64,000 nucleotides of DNA from a virus. Under the pieces are notes generated by a model that saw only the letters and a program-made list of their open reading frames with translations, made no database searches and was not told the origin of the DNA. The stretch covers positions 2,909 to 66,908 of the IMG/VR virus record IMGVR_UViG_3300045994_000147, one strand, 5' to 3'. Shown here piece by piece: positions 1 to 8,987 of this stretch. Both the position numbers and the translations under genes were made by a program. Position 1 is the first letter of the stretch. Every line of letters begins with the position of its first letter.

Positions 1-105
1 AGGGTTCAGGAAGGTGCGTGGATTCAATCCATCACAATTAATGGCTGTCAACACCAACAAGGTAGAAGCAGCTCTTGAATCAAATACTCTCGCCCTGTAA
101 CTATT

Positions 106-279
106 ATGCATTACCTAAAGATATACTCTCTTCTTATTATTTTTATAGTACTACTAGGTGTCAATCAGTTCTTGCTTCTACCTTGGTGTATTAAAACATC
201 ATTGTGGTTAGGAGCATTAGACTTATTGCTAATACTCCCATTCATGTTTGTATATTGTAACTCTTTCTTCTTTAAATAA
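106..279 (+). CDS. small membrane protein (57 aa, not in ORF track)
   Basis: ATG106-TAA279 read manually; hydrophobic MHYLKIYSLLIIFIVLLGV... Confidence 0.5.
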   Translation: MHYLKIYSLLIIFIVLLGVNQFLLLPWCIKTSLWLGALDLLLILPFMFVYCNSFFFK

Positions 280-287
280 AAGCTATC

Positions 288-797
288 ATGAAAACTAAAA
301 CTAACGCCATTGCACTACTATCAGCAACACTCCTACTCTCTGCCTGCTCTGATGACCAACCAAGCGTCAATGATATTTGCTCCGATGATGAGCTGAGCGT
401 TGAATGCTTGCAAGGGCGGTTAAATGAACAACAGCAAGTAATCCTCCAGCAGCAACAGGTGCTAACTCAACAACCTCAACAAATCCAACAAGCTCAACAA
501 GAAGCGGCCCAAACACCCCCCAATTACCAGCAAGCTCCTCAACAGCCGGTGGTAGTACAAGTTCCACAGCATGATTCTACAATGCAAGATATGATGCTAG
601 GCGGGTTACTTGGTCATGCCTTAGCTGGTGACGGTGGTAGATCTAATAGTACAATCGTTAACAAGACCATTATCAATAAGGCTCCAGCTACTATACGACC
701 TCCAGCTCCAGTTGTCCGGTCTAATATCAAACCAATCCCACAGTTCCGTCAAGCTACCTCATCGCCACGGTCTTTCTCATCATCACGTAGAAGATAA
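288..797 (+). CDS. Q/P-rich lipoprotein
   Basis: Signal peptide with lipobox LLLSA-C; poly-Q stretch; MLGGLLGHAL glycine-zipper-like motif; S/R-rich tail. Confidence 0.7.
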   Translation: MKTKTNAIALLSATLLLSACSDDQPSVNDICSDDELSVECLQGRLNEQQQVILQQQQVLTQQPQQIQQAQQEAAQTPPNYQQAPQQPVVVQVPQHDSTMQDMMLGGLLGHALAGDGGRSNSTIVNKTIINKAPATIRPPAPVVRSNIKPIPQFRQATSSPRSFSSSRRR

Positions 798-809
798 TAG
801 GAGTATAAA

Positions 810-1247
810 ATGCAAGTAACACCTTGGAAAGAAGAAGAGAAGAAGAGTGATACGCTAGTCGGTGTATATGGCACCTTAAAGAGGGGTGAAGGCAATCATC
901 GTTTATTGTCTACATCCGAATTAGTAACTACATCCCTAACTCCACCTAACTACGGTCTAGTTGATTTAGGCGCATTCCCTGGTCTAATCCCAGGAGAGGA
1001 TAAGGTTGTCATTGAGGTATATAAGGTAAACAACCACACTCTATCTCGATTGGATTCATTGGAAGGTCATCCAACCTTCTATGAGAGGAAGGAGGTAGAT
1101 GTTGTTGTCAATGGCAACACAGAGAAGGTGTGGGTATATCATCTTAATCGGCATAAAGACCTGGCCCCGTGGAATCTACGGGATGTTGATGGCAATATAA
1201 CTTGGGGGAGACATACTCGTGATTTTTCTACAGAAATACAGGAATAG
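810..1247 (+). CDS. gamma-glutamylcyclotransferase (AIG2-like)
   Basis: VYGTLKRGEGNH, LGAFPGL and LDSLEGHPTFYER motifs. Confidence 0.9.
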   Translation: MQVTPWKEEEKKSDTLVGVYGTLKRGEGNHRLLSTSELVTTSLTPPNYGLVDLGAFPGLIPGEDKVVIEVYKVNNHTLSRLDSLEGHPTFYERKEVDVVVNGNTEKVWVYHLNRHKDLAPWNLRDVDGNITWGRHTRDFSTEIQE

Positions 1248-2001
1248 CACATCATCAGGTACTGATGTAGCTCAAGCTCTAGATCTACAAATCTATACCC
1301 CAAACATTGTGCCTTCTCGTAGAAAGGCCGGCCTTATAATCAATTGGGGCATTGGGCATGTACCTTGGCTATACTCTACATCTCAAGCTATCAATCACCC
1401 CAATTACGTAAAGGTAGCTGCTAATAAGCTAAGCACATTCGATGTATTGAACGATGCCTCAATAGATATACCAAGCTATACCACAGCCAAAGAAGTGGCC
1501 TTAGAATGGATTAGAGGGGGCTTTAAGGTCATGTGTCGAACACTACTATCAGCATCTGCAGGTAGGGGTATTGTGGTAGCTAAGGAGGAGGAGGCTATAA
1601 TTGATGCTCCTCTCTATGTCAAATATGTAGAGAAGCGTTATGAGTTCAGGGTGCATGTTGTCTTCAATAACGTAGTCAAAATACAACAAAAGCGTAGGCT
1701 CTCCTCTGAATCATTAGCTGAAAGGGGTATTGTAGAGCGTAATAAGTATATCCGTAACTTGGATAATGGTTATATTTTCTCTACTAATATTGATGAGGGT
1801 TTAGGCGGTTTTATTGAAGAGATGGGAGATATATCCATCAGAGCTATTGGAGAATTAAATTTAAACTTCGGTGCAGTAGATATAATCATTGGAAGGATAG
1901 ATGACAACCCCTATATCCTTGAGGTCAATACAGCCCCTGGGCTAGAGGGTAGTACTCTTCAGGCTTATGTAGATGCCTTTAGAGCCCACCTTTATAATTA
2001 G
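1219..2001 (+). CDS. ATP-grasp amidoligase (phiEco32-type)
   Basis: INWG, ANKL, GRGIV, EFRVHV, FGAVDII and LEVNTAPGL motifs. Confidence 0.9.
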   Translation: MIFLQKYRNSTSSGTDVAQALDLQIYTPNIVPSRRKAGLIINWGIGHVPWLYSTSQAINHPNYVKVAANKLSTFDVLNDASIDIPSYTTAKEVALEWIRGGFKVMCRTLLSASAGRGIVVAKEEEAIIDAPLYVKYVEKRYEFRVHVVFNNVVKIQQKRRLSSESLAERGIVERNKYIRNLDNGYIFSTNIDEGLGGFIEEMGDISIRAIGELNLNFGAVDIIIGRIDDNPYILEVNTAPGLEGSTLQAYVDAFRAHLYN

Positions 2002-2344
2002 GAGGATACCTTTGGACGACATAACTATAGCTAGGAGGTATGCAGCTAAAGCAGATCAGGCCAGAGACAATGGCCATGAGTTCCTTTTATCTTTCAATGA
2101 GTATAAGAGGTTAGTAAAAAGGAAGAAGTGCTACTACACCTCTATCCCTTTCTTACAAGGTGATAAACAACTTGGCCTGTCTCTAGATAGAATTGATAAC
2201 AGTAAAGGTTATGTCTCAGGTAATGTAGTAGCCTGTCTAAAAACCATTAACACAATTAAGAGTAGTCTTGAGAACCCAAGTAACCCAATAGGTGTGAAGC
2301 ACTTGAAGAGAATGTGTGATGCCCTCATTAAATTAGGAGTATAA
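1973..2344 (+). CDS. HNH-like endonuclease-fold protein
   Basis: CYYT...SLDRIDNSKGYVSGNVVAC...N motif. Confidence 0.6.
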   Translation: MPLEPTFIIRRIPLDDITIARRYAAKADQARDNGHEFLLSFNEYKRLVKRKKCYYTSIPFLQGDKQLGLSLDRIDNSKGYVSGNVVACLKTINTIKSSLENPSNPIGVKHLKRMCDALIKLGV

Positions 2345-2345
2345 G

Positions 2346-2687
2346 ATGTATAAAGCTAAAGTAGATCGTACTTGGATTGATAGCAGCGGGCTAGTGCTTG
2401 TACAGACTACGAAGGGCCCAGGATCCGAGCACCCTAAACCACACCCATTCGCTATTGTCAAGATTGGTGGTGTACAAGGATCCAATATTAAGTTCGAAGG
2501 TGTGAGGGAAGGTGATTTGTTAAGATGTGACTCCCTACCCTACATGTCCCGTCCTTCCCCTATTTACTCAAATGACTATAAGTACGAAACCTATACTAAA
2601 GCTGGACGTAAGTTCATGAGGTCTAAAGCCTTATACTGGCCAGTGAAGTTACCCAATGGCTTTTGGGTGCTGAGGGAACAGCGATGA
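2346..2687 (+). CDS. hypothetical protein
   Basis: GGAG RBS; abuts neighbouring ORFs. Confidence 0.55.
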   Translation: MYKAKVDRTWIDSSGLVLVQTTKGPGSEHPKPHPFAIVKIGGVQGSNIKFEGVREGDLLRCDSLPYMSRPSPIYSNDYKYETYTKAGRKFMRSKALYWPVKLPNGFWVLREQR

Positions 2688-2896
2688 ACATTATAGAAGC
2701 TTACCTTTTAATAGGGTTAATAGTTGTTGTTGTAGATTTGGTGGTGTACTTAATGAAAGGGAGGGGTTTAATGGTTGGTGATATAGCGACTTATGTTCTA
2801 GCTATCATTACATGGCCAGTATTTTTATTAGATTATTTAATTAAACTAATTAATGACAACAGGCACACAGTGGCGATCAAGGGGTGGAAGAAATGA
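2684..2896 (+). CDS. small membrane protein
   Basis: Likely start ATG2684 (ATGA overlap); two hydrophobic segments with WP motif. Confidence 0.6.
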   Translation: MNIIEAYLLIGLIVVVVDLVVYLMKGRGLMVGDIATYVLAIITWPVFLLDYLIKLINDNRHTVAIKGWKK

Positions 2897-3126
2897 ATCC
2901 TATTATAATCTATCTACTAATAGGGGCTGCATTAGCCACACTCCTCCAGTTGTACATAGGCGGCGGCTTAAAGGTTAAGGAGGTGTTTTTGTTTATTGCA
3001 TGCGCCCTCATTTGGCCTTTGCTGCTATTCGTTGCAGTCTATTTAGGAGTGTTTGAGGGTGTAATTTACCTTTATAATACTTACGGAAACGCCTACCTTA
3101 TCAACCCAAAAAAGGACGAAGAATGA
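2893..3126 (+). CDS. small membrane protein, paralog-like to upstream ORF
   Basis: YLLIG...WP pattern shared with 2684-2896; ATGA overlap. Confidence 0.6.
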   Translation: MNPIIIYLLIGAALATLLQLYIGGGLKVKEVFLFIACALIWPLLLFVAVYLGVFEGVIYLYNTYGNAYLINPKKDEE

Positions 3127-3272
3127 AGGTAATATCTTATTTACTATGGCTTTTACCGGGTATTTGGCTACAAAAGCACGGTATATCGGTACTATCATGG
3201 GACTATTGGTTATTGGTGCTACTGATAATCTTATTAACATCAACAGAAGTATACAGAACTCGCGGGTTCTGA
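3123..3272 (+). CDS. small membrane protein (49 aa, not in ORF track)
   Basis: ATGA overlap with previous stop; hydrophobic MKVISYLLWLLPGIWL... Confidence 0.5.
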   Translation: MKVISYLLWLLPGIWLQKHGISVLSWDYWLLVLLIILLTSTEVYRTRGF

Positions 3273-3311
3273 ATTTAATTTAAAGTATTTAAAATACTAG
3301 GGGTATATATT

Positions 3312-4124
3312 ATGAGCAATAAGTTTTTTATGGTTGGTTCAGATCCTGAGGGATTTCTGAGAGATAGAGAGAATAGATTGGTGAGTGCCATTGGAGTAGT
3401 ACCCGGTAGTAAGAGTGACCCATTTAAAACTAAACACGGCTCTATTCAGCACGATAATATTCTAGCTGAATTCAATAGCATCCCTGCTGCATCCCTTCAT
3501 GATTTCATCAACAATCATCGGTTAATCATAAGGGATTTGGAGGAGGTATTATCTCCATTAAACTTAAAGTTAGACTTCTCTGCAAGTGCTGTAGCAGATC
3601 AAGGACTACTATCAGATCCGTTGGCCATTAGAGCTGGGTGTGAGCCAGACTACAATGCATGGACTCTCTCTGAGAACATCCCACCAGATTACATCACAAC
3701 TAATACCAGAGCTGCTGGTGGCCACTTACACATCTCCTTCGATCAGGCCGTTAACTCTCCTGAAAATCGTGTAAAATTCGTTAAAGCTCTTGACTTGGTA
3801 TTAGGGGTTCCATCGGTTATTTTCGATGGAGACAAAGAACGACGTAAGTTATACGGTAAAGCTGGTGCCTTTCGTCCTAAAGATACCAACAATTCTGATC
3901 CTTATGATGGTGTCGAGTACCGTACTCTCTCCAACTTCTGGCTTCGTAGCAATGAACTGATGTCCTTTGTGTACCAAGGGGTTGAGGAGGTCTATAACAA
4001 CTTAGACTCCCTCTCTGATAAAGCTGAGTACTTCAAGGCAGATATCTTAAAGGCCATAGGTTCAGGGAGTAAAAACAAAGCCATTATCTTATGTAAAGAG
4101 GCAGGTATCAACTATGCGATTTGA
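3312..4124 (+). CDS. COOH-NH2 ligase type 2 (phiEco32-like)
   Basis: VGSDPE, DNILAEFN, GCEPDYNAW, RAAGGHLH, RRKLYGKAGAFR and GVEYRTLSNFW motifs. Confidence 0.92.
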   Translation: MSNKFFMVGSDPEGFLRDRENRLVSAIGVVPGSKSDPFKTKHGSIQHDNILAEFNSIPAASLHDFINNHRLIIRDLEEVLSPLNLKLDFSASAVADQGLLSDPLAIRAGCEPDYNAWTLSENIPPDYITTNTRAAGGHLHISFDQAVNSPENRVKFVKALDLVLGVPSVIFDGDKERRKLYGKAGAFRPKDTNNSDPYDGVEYRTLSNFWLRSNELMSFVYQGVEEVYNNLDSLSDKAEYFKADILKAIGSGSKNKAIILCKEAGINYAI

Positions 4125-5895
4125 TCAGATACGAGAACTTGAAGTCTCGGACTTTTCCCCACAGGATCTACGACTCTTCTCGAACCAGAGGGAACTAGAT
4201 CTTCGTAGGTACTTTAACTTTAACGATGAAGTTATCTCCGCTATTTCATCAGTAACTAGGCCGCAGGCAGTTGCTATGTCACATTTGGTTTGTGATATAA
4301 TTAACACAGCTTCCAGTCACTATAGGGCTTACTTAGGTAGTATAAACTACTCTAATGTTGATATTGTAAGAAGATTATTCATTAAGTTGGACAATATTGC
4401 CCGACCTGATGGGGTGATGTCTTTAAAGCGCAGTATCATGCAAAGTATGAGTGCTGATGGGATTCTATATGCTATCACTAGATACTCGCCTGTGGAATTA
4501 GTGATAATGGGTGTAGTTCCAATTGATATGATAACTTGTTTAAGACGCCAATTCAGAGGTGCATCGCCTAGAATTCAGCTTGAATATATGGATTCAATTG
4601 GATTCTTGGATCGACACTATCAATCTAGTGTAGAATCAACTGAACAGCAGCGTATGGTAGAATCATCACTCGGTGTATTGGATGAAGTAGAAGTAAGTGA
4701 TGTACTTGATTCATCTATATACTCAGTAAGATCGACGCCAAGGACATTTGATTGGGGCGATGCTCTTAGAAATGTATCTGTACAAGCTACAAGTGGCGGG
4801 CCTGATTCATTAATCCGACCACCCAATCCTGTCAGACTATCGCCCCAACCAGAAGACGTGGGCCCCATAAATCCTTGGATCCCTTGGAGTGGTGGTACTT
4901 GCCCAGTACCTGTGGGAATTATGATTGTCTATAAAATAAATGGTAGTGACAGGATTAACGGGCCTACTACCAGCGAAATTTTAAGATGGAGTCATACAGG
5001 CGGTGATGGGGATATTAACTCCTACAGTGTAGTAAGGAGGCCCACAGGAGGATGGATCCCTTGGGGCGGCGGGGCAAGACCAGTACCTGCTAACATCAAG
5101 GTGTACTATAAGACTGGTGCTGGAGGCATGCGTGGCCCAAGAGAAGCTAGAGGTCTACGTTGGGATCATGTTGGCTCTGATTCAGATATCTTAGAATACA
5201 AAGTATTCATAGAAGAATTAATCTCTCTAGCTGAAGCACCTGAGCCTTATACCAGAGAGTATACCGAAACACAAGATGATCTAATTAAGAAGTATTCAGA
5301 TTGTTTTGCTCGGTACAACGGTTACACCGTGAAGATCCTTGGGTTCACTAGAAGCAAACATGCAGAAGTGGCTAGACTGGATAGTGATGAGCCTATAATC
5401 ACTGTCTCCGACCTTAGCCTATTGGATCATACCTTCCCTAAGGTAGGATACATTAACAATGGTATGACAGCTACATTTGTACAGCGCCTCCATAAGAGAG
5501 GTAGTGACAGGTACAAGAAAGGAATTCATCCAAGCACATTCAAGTATACAGATACATGTGTGCTTGAGATGAGCAGGGCTCGATTGTCTTATGATAGACG
5601 GAGTATTATGCATAACCTCCTATATCCAGTGTTCCCTGAGTACAATGAGGCCATAGAGAGTCTGTTAGCGTATGAGAAGCTATCAATAGCCCTCTCCTCC
5701 TCTATCTGTATTAGTATATCAGCTCGATTGGGTAGGATTATTCTTGAGAAGAACTGTAAGATAATTGGGTACTACAACGTAAAGAAGAAATCGTTTATAA
5801 CCTATACCGACCTCTTTAATAAAGACTTGGACAAATTAGGTATTAAATACACATTCAAACAAATAAAGAAATTGGAGGGTTTATGTCAAGAGTAG
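4114..5895 (+). CDS. multidomain hypothetical protein of the ligase cluster, with a tandem WIPWxGG domain
   Basis: 593-aa ORF overlapping both neighbours; two internal copies of a ~60-aa unit. Confidence 0.7.
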   Translation: MRFDQIRELEVSDFSPQDLRLFSNQRELDLRRYFNFNDEVISAISSVTRPQAVAMSHLVCDIINTASSHYRAYLGSINYSNVDIVRRLFIKLDNIARPDGVMSLKRSIMQSMSADGILYAITRYSPVELVIMGVVPIDMITCLRRQFRGASPRIQLEYMDSIGFLDRHYQSSVESTEQQRMVESSLGVLDEVEVSDVLDSSIYSVRSTPRTFDWGDALRNVSVQATSGGPDSLIRPPNPVRLSPQPEDVGPINPWIPWSGGTCPVPVGIMIVYKINGSDRINGPTTSEILRWSHTGGDGDINSYSVVRRPTGGWIPWGGGARPVPANIKVYYKTGAGGMRGPREARGLRWDHVGSDSDILEYKVFIEELISLAEAPEPYTREYTETQDDLIKKYSDCFARYNGYTVKILGFTRSKHAEVARLDSDEPIITVSDLSLLDHTFPKVGYINNGMTATFVQRLHKRGSDRYKKGIHPSTFKYTDTCVLEMSRARLSYDRRSIMHNLLYPVFPEYNEAIESLLAYEKLSIALSSSICISISARLGRIILEKNCKIIGYYNVKKKSFITYTDLFNKDLDKLGIKYTFKQIKKLEGLCQE

Positions 5896-6794
5896 ACAAT
5901 TATGGCGTAGAAATAGAGGCCGAAGGTATTAGGTATGACTTCAATGATTCCAAAAACATCCACAATGGGCGGTTCTTTGAGTTAGATGTACCTGAAACCC
6001 AATCACTCTCTCATTGGTCTGCGGTTAAAGATGGATCATTGAGGAATGGGGTTGAGTTTATCTTTAAGGGGCCTAAGTCATACGCAGCTTCTATCAAGGC
6101 TTTAGAGCAGATACAGTCACTATTTGATCTAGCAGCCCAACAGGAAAAACCAATTATACTGAGCGATAGATGCAGTGTGCATGTTCACTTAGATTGCAGA
6201 GAGTTAACAAAAAATGAGGTAGTTAACTTTATATTCTGTTATCTACTAATTGAGAGAATACTCTTTAACTGTGTTGATATATTCCGTCAAAAGAATACCT
6301 ACTGTAGGCCATTGAATGATTCGGTATTTTCTGGCATCCTGATGGAGCTACTAAGGGTTAGTAGTGAAGAACAAAGATCCATCTATAACTATATCACTAG
6401 AAGTTGTGATAAGTACTCCGCCTTAAACCTATTACCTCTAACTTCATACGGTTCAATTGAGTTCAGGCACCATCAGGGCACAACCAATACCGCCGATATT
6501 ATTAAGTGGATTGATTTGATAAGGGCTTTGAAAGATACTGCCCTCTCATCAGATATACTTGACTTATTGAATATCTATGATACACTTGGTTACAGGTCAC
6601 TACTATCACACATTTTCCCTGATCGGCCGGACTTAATAGATTTACCTAACTCTTCGGACTTAGTGTATAGTGGGGTTGTTGGTGTCAGAGAGATACTGTT
6701 AGCTGATAAGTTAAGAGATATCAATTCAGTGGTTAGAAGAGATAATAAATCGGATATGTTTGAACAATTCTTAAAAGCTAAAGGGAGAGTATAA
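5883..6794 (+). CDS. putative amidoligase (Amidoligase_2, glutamine-synthetase-like fold)
   Basis: GVEIE, DGSL, CSVHVH, KYSALN and SIEFRHHQGT motifs. Confidence 0.88.
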   Translation: MSRVDNYGVEIEAEGIRYDFNDSKNIHNGRFFELDVPETQSLSHWSAVKDGSLRNGVEFIFKGPKSYAASIKALEQIQSLFDLAAQQEKPIILSDRCSVHVHLDCRELTKNEVVNFIFCYLLIERILFNCVDIFRQKNTYCRPLNDSVFSGILMELLRVSSEEQRSIYNYITRSCDKYSALNLLPLTSYGSIEFRHHQGTTNTADIIKWIDLIRALKDTALSSDILDLLNIYDTLGYRSLLSHIFPDRPDLIDLPNSSDLVYSGVVGVREILLADKLRDINSVVRRDNKSDMFEQFLKAKGRV

Positions 6795-6795
6795 A

Positions 6796-8082
6796 ATGTG
6801 TGGATTAGTCGGTGCAATAACCCGGTCAAACAAACGTGCTGATTTCGATCTGGTCAGTAAGTTTGTAGAACAAGCTCTATATTGTGATACCCTCCGGGGT
6901 GCTCATGGTACTGGTCTGCTATCAGTGACTACCCAAGGGGTTGTCGAGGTGCACAAGAGAGCTCTATCAGGCCCAGATTTTCTGGAGTTAAGTAAAACAA
7001 AGTCAATGTTGAATTCATTTTCTAATGATATTTTCATTGGTCACAATCGGTTTGCAACACAAGGAGCACGCTCAAATGAAAACAGTCATCCATTCTCGCA
7101 TGACCACATTCATCTATTCCATAACGGAACACTTAAATCGCATCGCACTCTATCTTCAAGAGTTTTTGATGTTGATTCAGAAGCTATAGCCCACCTACTA
7201 TCAGAATCCGACAATGTAAAAGCATCTTTAGAGAAGATAGAAGGTGCTTATTCTCTCGTTTGGTATAATGAAGAGGATGATACAATAAACTTTGCTAGAA
7301 ATGAAGAGAGGCCAATGTATTTTGGTGATATCGCGGATGGCAAGGGCTTATTATTCGCAAGCGAAGGCGGCATGGTATCTTGGTTAGCTAGTAGAAATGG
7401 AATTAAACTAGATAAGATATACGCCACTGAAGTAGGAAGTTGGATATCTATTAACTTAGATGCCTCTAAGAAAGCTAAGGTCACTAAATTCACTCCTAAA
7501 GAAGCAGTGAGCTATACCAACTTCTACAATAGAGGTACAGCTGCTACTGTACACAGAACAACCGAAGGCCCTTCCGATCCTATTATTGTAACGCCTACAG
7601 CATGGTTCCCTTATAACCCACAAGCAAACCATCCTTATGGTAAGCTGGTAGCAACTTATCTACACAAGGGTGTAGTATATGACGTGAACATTAGCGGTAT
7701 AGATCGAGAGGAAGCTAAGCAGTATATAGGTAAGAAGGTACGGGTCAAGATAGGCACTTGTTCTCTAAAGGAGATATATGGGCCTTTGGACAAGAATCAA
7801 GATAACTTAGAATCAACTGGGCTAGTGGTCGTTGAGACCGGAAAAAAGTCAGGGGTAAAAAGGCTAAAAAACGCTTTCGGTAAACCTGTAGATGCATGGG
7901 AATTTGGAAGGTTAGTTAAAAATGGGTGTAAAGTTTGTAGCGGTATTATTTTACCAGAAGATTATGATGACGTAATCTTCGATTTCAGCGGGGATCCTTT
8001 ATGTGAGGATTGCGCTAAGGATGAAGATAAAGCATTTGACGTAGCTTATTATCAAACAGTAACTAACCACGGATCACATTAA
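6796..8082 (+). CDS. class II (Ntn) glutamine amidotransferase
   Basis: MCGLVG start, RGAHGTG, GHNRFATQG, HPF, HNGTL, DVDSE; C-terminal CxxC...CxxC. Confidence 0.92.
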   Translation: MCGLVGAITRSNKRADFDLVSKFVEQALYCDTLRGAHGTGLLSVTTQGVVEVHKRALSGPDFLELSKTKSMLNSFSNDIFIGHNRFATQGARSNENSHPFSHDHIHLFHNGTLKSHRTLSSRVFDVDSEAIAHLLSESDNVKASLEKIEGAYSLVWYNEEDDTINFARNEERPMYFGDIADGKGLLFASEGGMVSWLASRNGIKLDKIYATEVGSWISINLDASKKAKVTKFTPKEAVSYTNFYNRGTAATVHRTTEGPSDPIIVTPTAWFPYNPQANHPYGKLVATYLHKGVVYDVNISGIDREEAKQYIGKKVRVKIGTCSLKEIYGPLDKNQDNLESTGLVVVETGKKSGVKRLKNAFGKPVDAWEFGRLVKNGCKVCSGIILPEDYDDVIFDFSGDPLCEDCAKDEDKAFDVAYYQTVTNHGSH

Positions 8083-8987
8083 TGCTAAAACAAGCGAATG
8101 TAGTAGTAAATTTAGGTAGCAACAACGCGTATTCTCAATACGGTCAAACAACTTCAGTAGAGTACTCATACCTAGAGGAGGTGGAGGGCGGTTATAAAGA
8201 GCGGTTTAGGGCAGTAAAGTGCAGAGAGTTGGCAGTTGATCCGATAACCTCAGCTCATGCTAAGATTCCGCTGTTTCTAGGGGGGCTTAGGGTTAACTTA
8301 GATAATGCTGTTAACCTAGATAAAATGTTGATGTCTATCCATATTACCAACCGAAAAGCACATATAGGCGGTGGAAAGGAGATGGATAATTTCATTGAGA
8401 ATATTCCAGTACTCCATGCTATTGAGAAGAAAGCTGGATTTAAAAGAACTACCTTTAAGGATGGTGGCTATAATTCGACCTTAGACTGTAATATAATCGT
8501 TGTTGAAGGCTCTAAGAGATGGTGCATGAATGCTACAATGGCTAGCATATATACTGCCCTACTACGGTTAATGGCTTACAAGGTCGATAATACTGGGCTC
8601 TTATGGGGCCTTAATACTAAAAGTGGTGTTGATACCACTGATGTGTCTATAGCAAAAATCTTAGGTGGTAATGCGTTCAAACTGGATATCTTATTGAAGA
8701 ACTGTGTGAAAGTTTTCGGAAAGAATAGGGTAACAGGTATTAATGATGAAGCGATACTAGGTGGAGTACCTGATAACTGCGACAACAACCAACTCTCGGT
8801 ACGCTACCCGTCAGGAGATGGGATTGGAAGCTGGAGTTTATCCTACGCTCATGGATCATTAGGTATGGGTAATTTATACTCAAACATCTCATCACTAAAT
8901 TATAATGCAAATTATTTTCAATGTATAGAGTTCGCTAAGAATTATATAAAAATAGAGGAAAAGGAGCTAAATGAAAGAATCCAATAG
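8082..8987 (+). CDS. hypothetical protein
   Basis: 301-aa ORF, TAATG-coupled to the amidotransferase. Confidence 0.65.
   Translation: MLKQANVVVNLGSNNAYSQYGQTTSVEYSYLEEVEGGYKERFRAVKCRELAVDPITSAHAKIPLFLGGLRVNLDNAVNLDKMLMSIHITNRKAHIGGGKEMDNFIENIPVLHAIEKKAGFKRTTFKDGGYNSTLDCNIIVVEGSKRWCMNATMASIYTALLRLMAYKVDNTGLLWGLNTKSGVDTTDVSIAKILGGNAFKLDILLKNCVKVFGKNRVTGINDEAILGGVPDNCDNNQLSVRYPSGDGIGSWSLSYAHGSLGMGNLYSNISSLNYNANYFQCIEFAKNYIKIEEKELNERIQ

Noticed and set aside
6473-6499. TCAGGGCA-N11-GCCGATAT as a sigma-28 promoter
   Set aside because: Poor -35, mid-gene in a presumed early region
8563-8590. TACGGTTA-N12-GTCGATAA as a sigma-28 promoter
   Set aside because: Wrong spacing and weak -35
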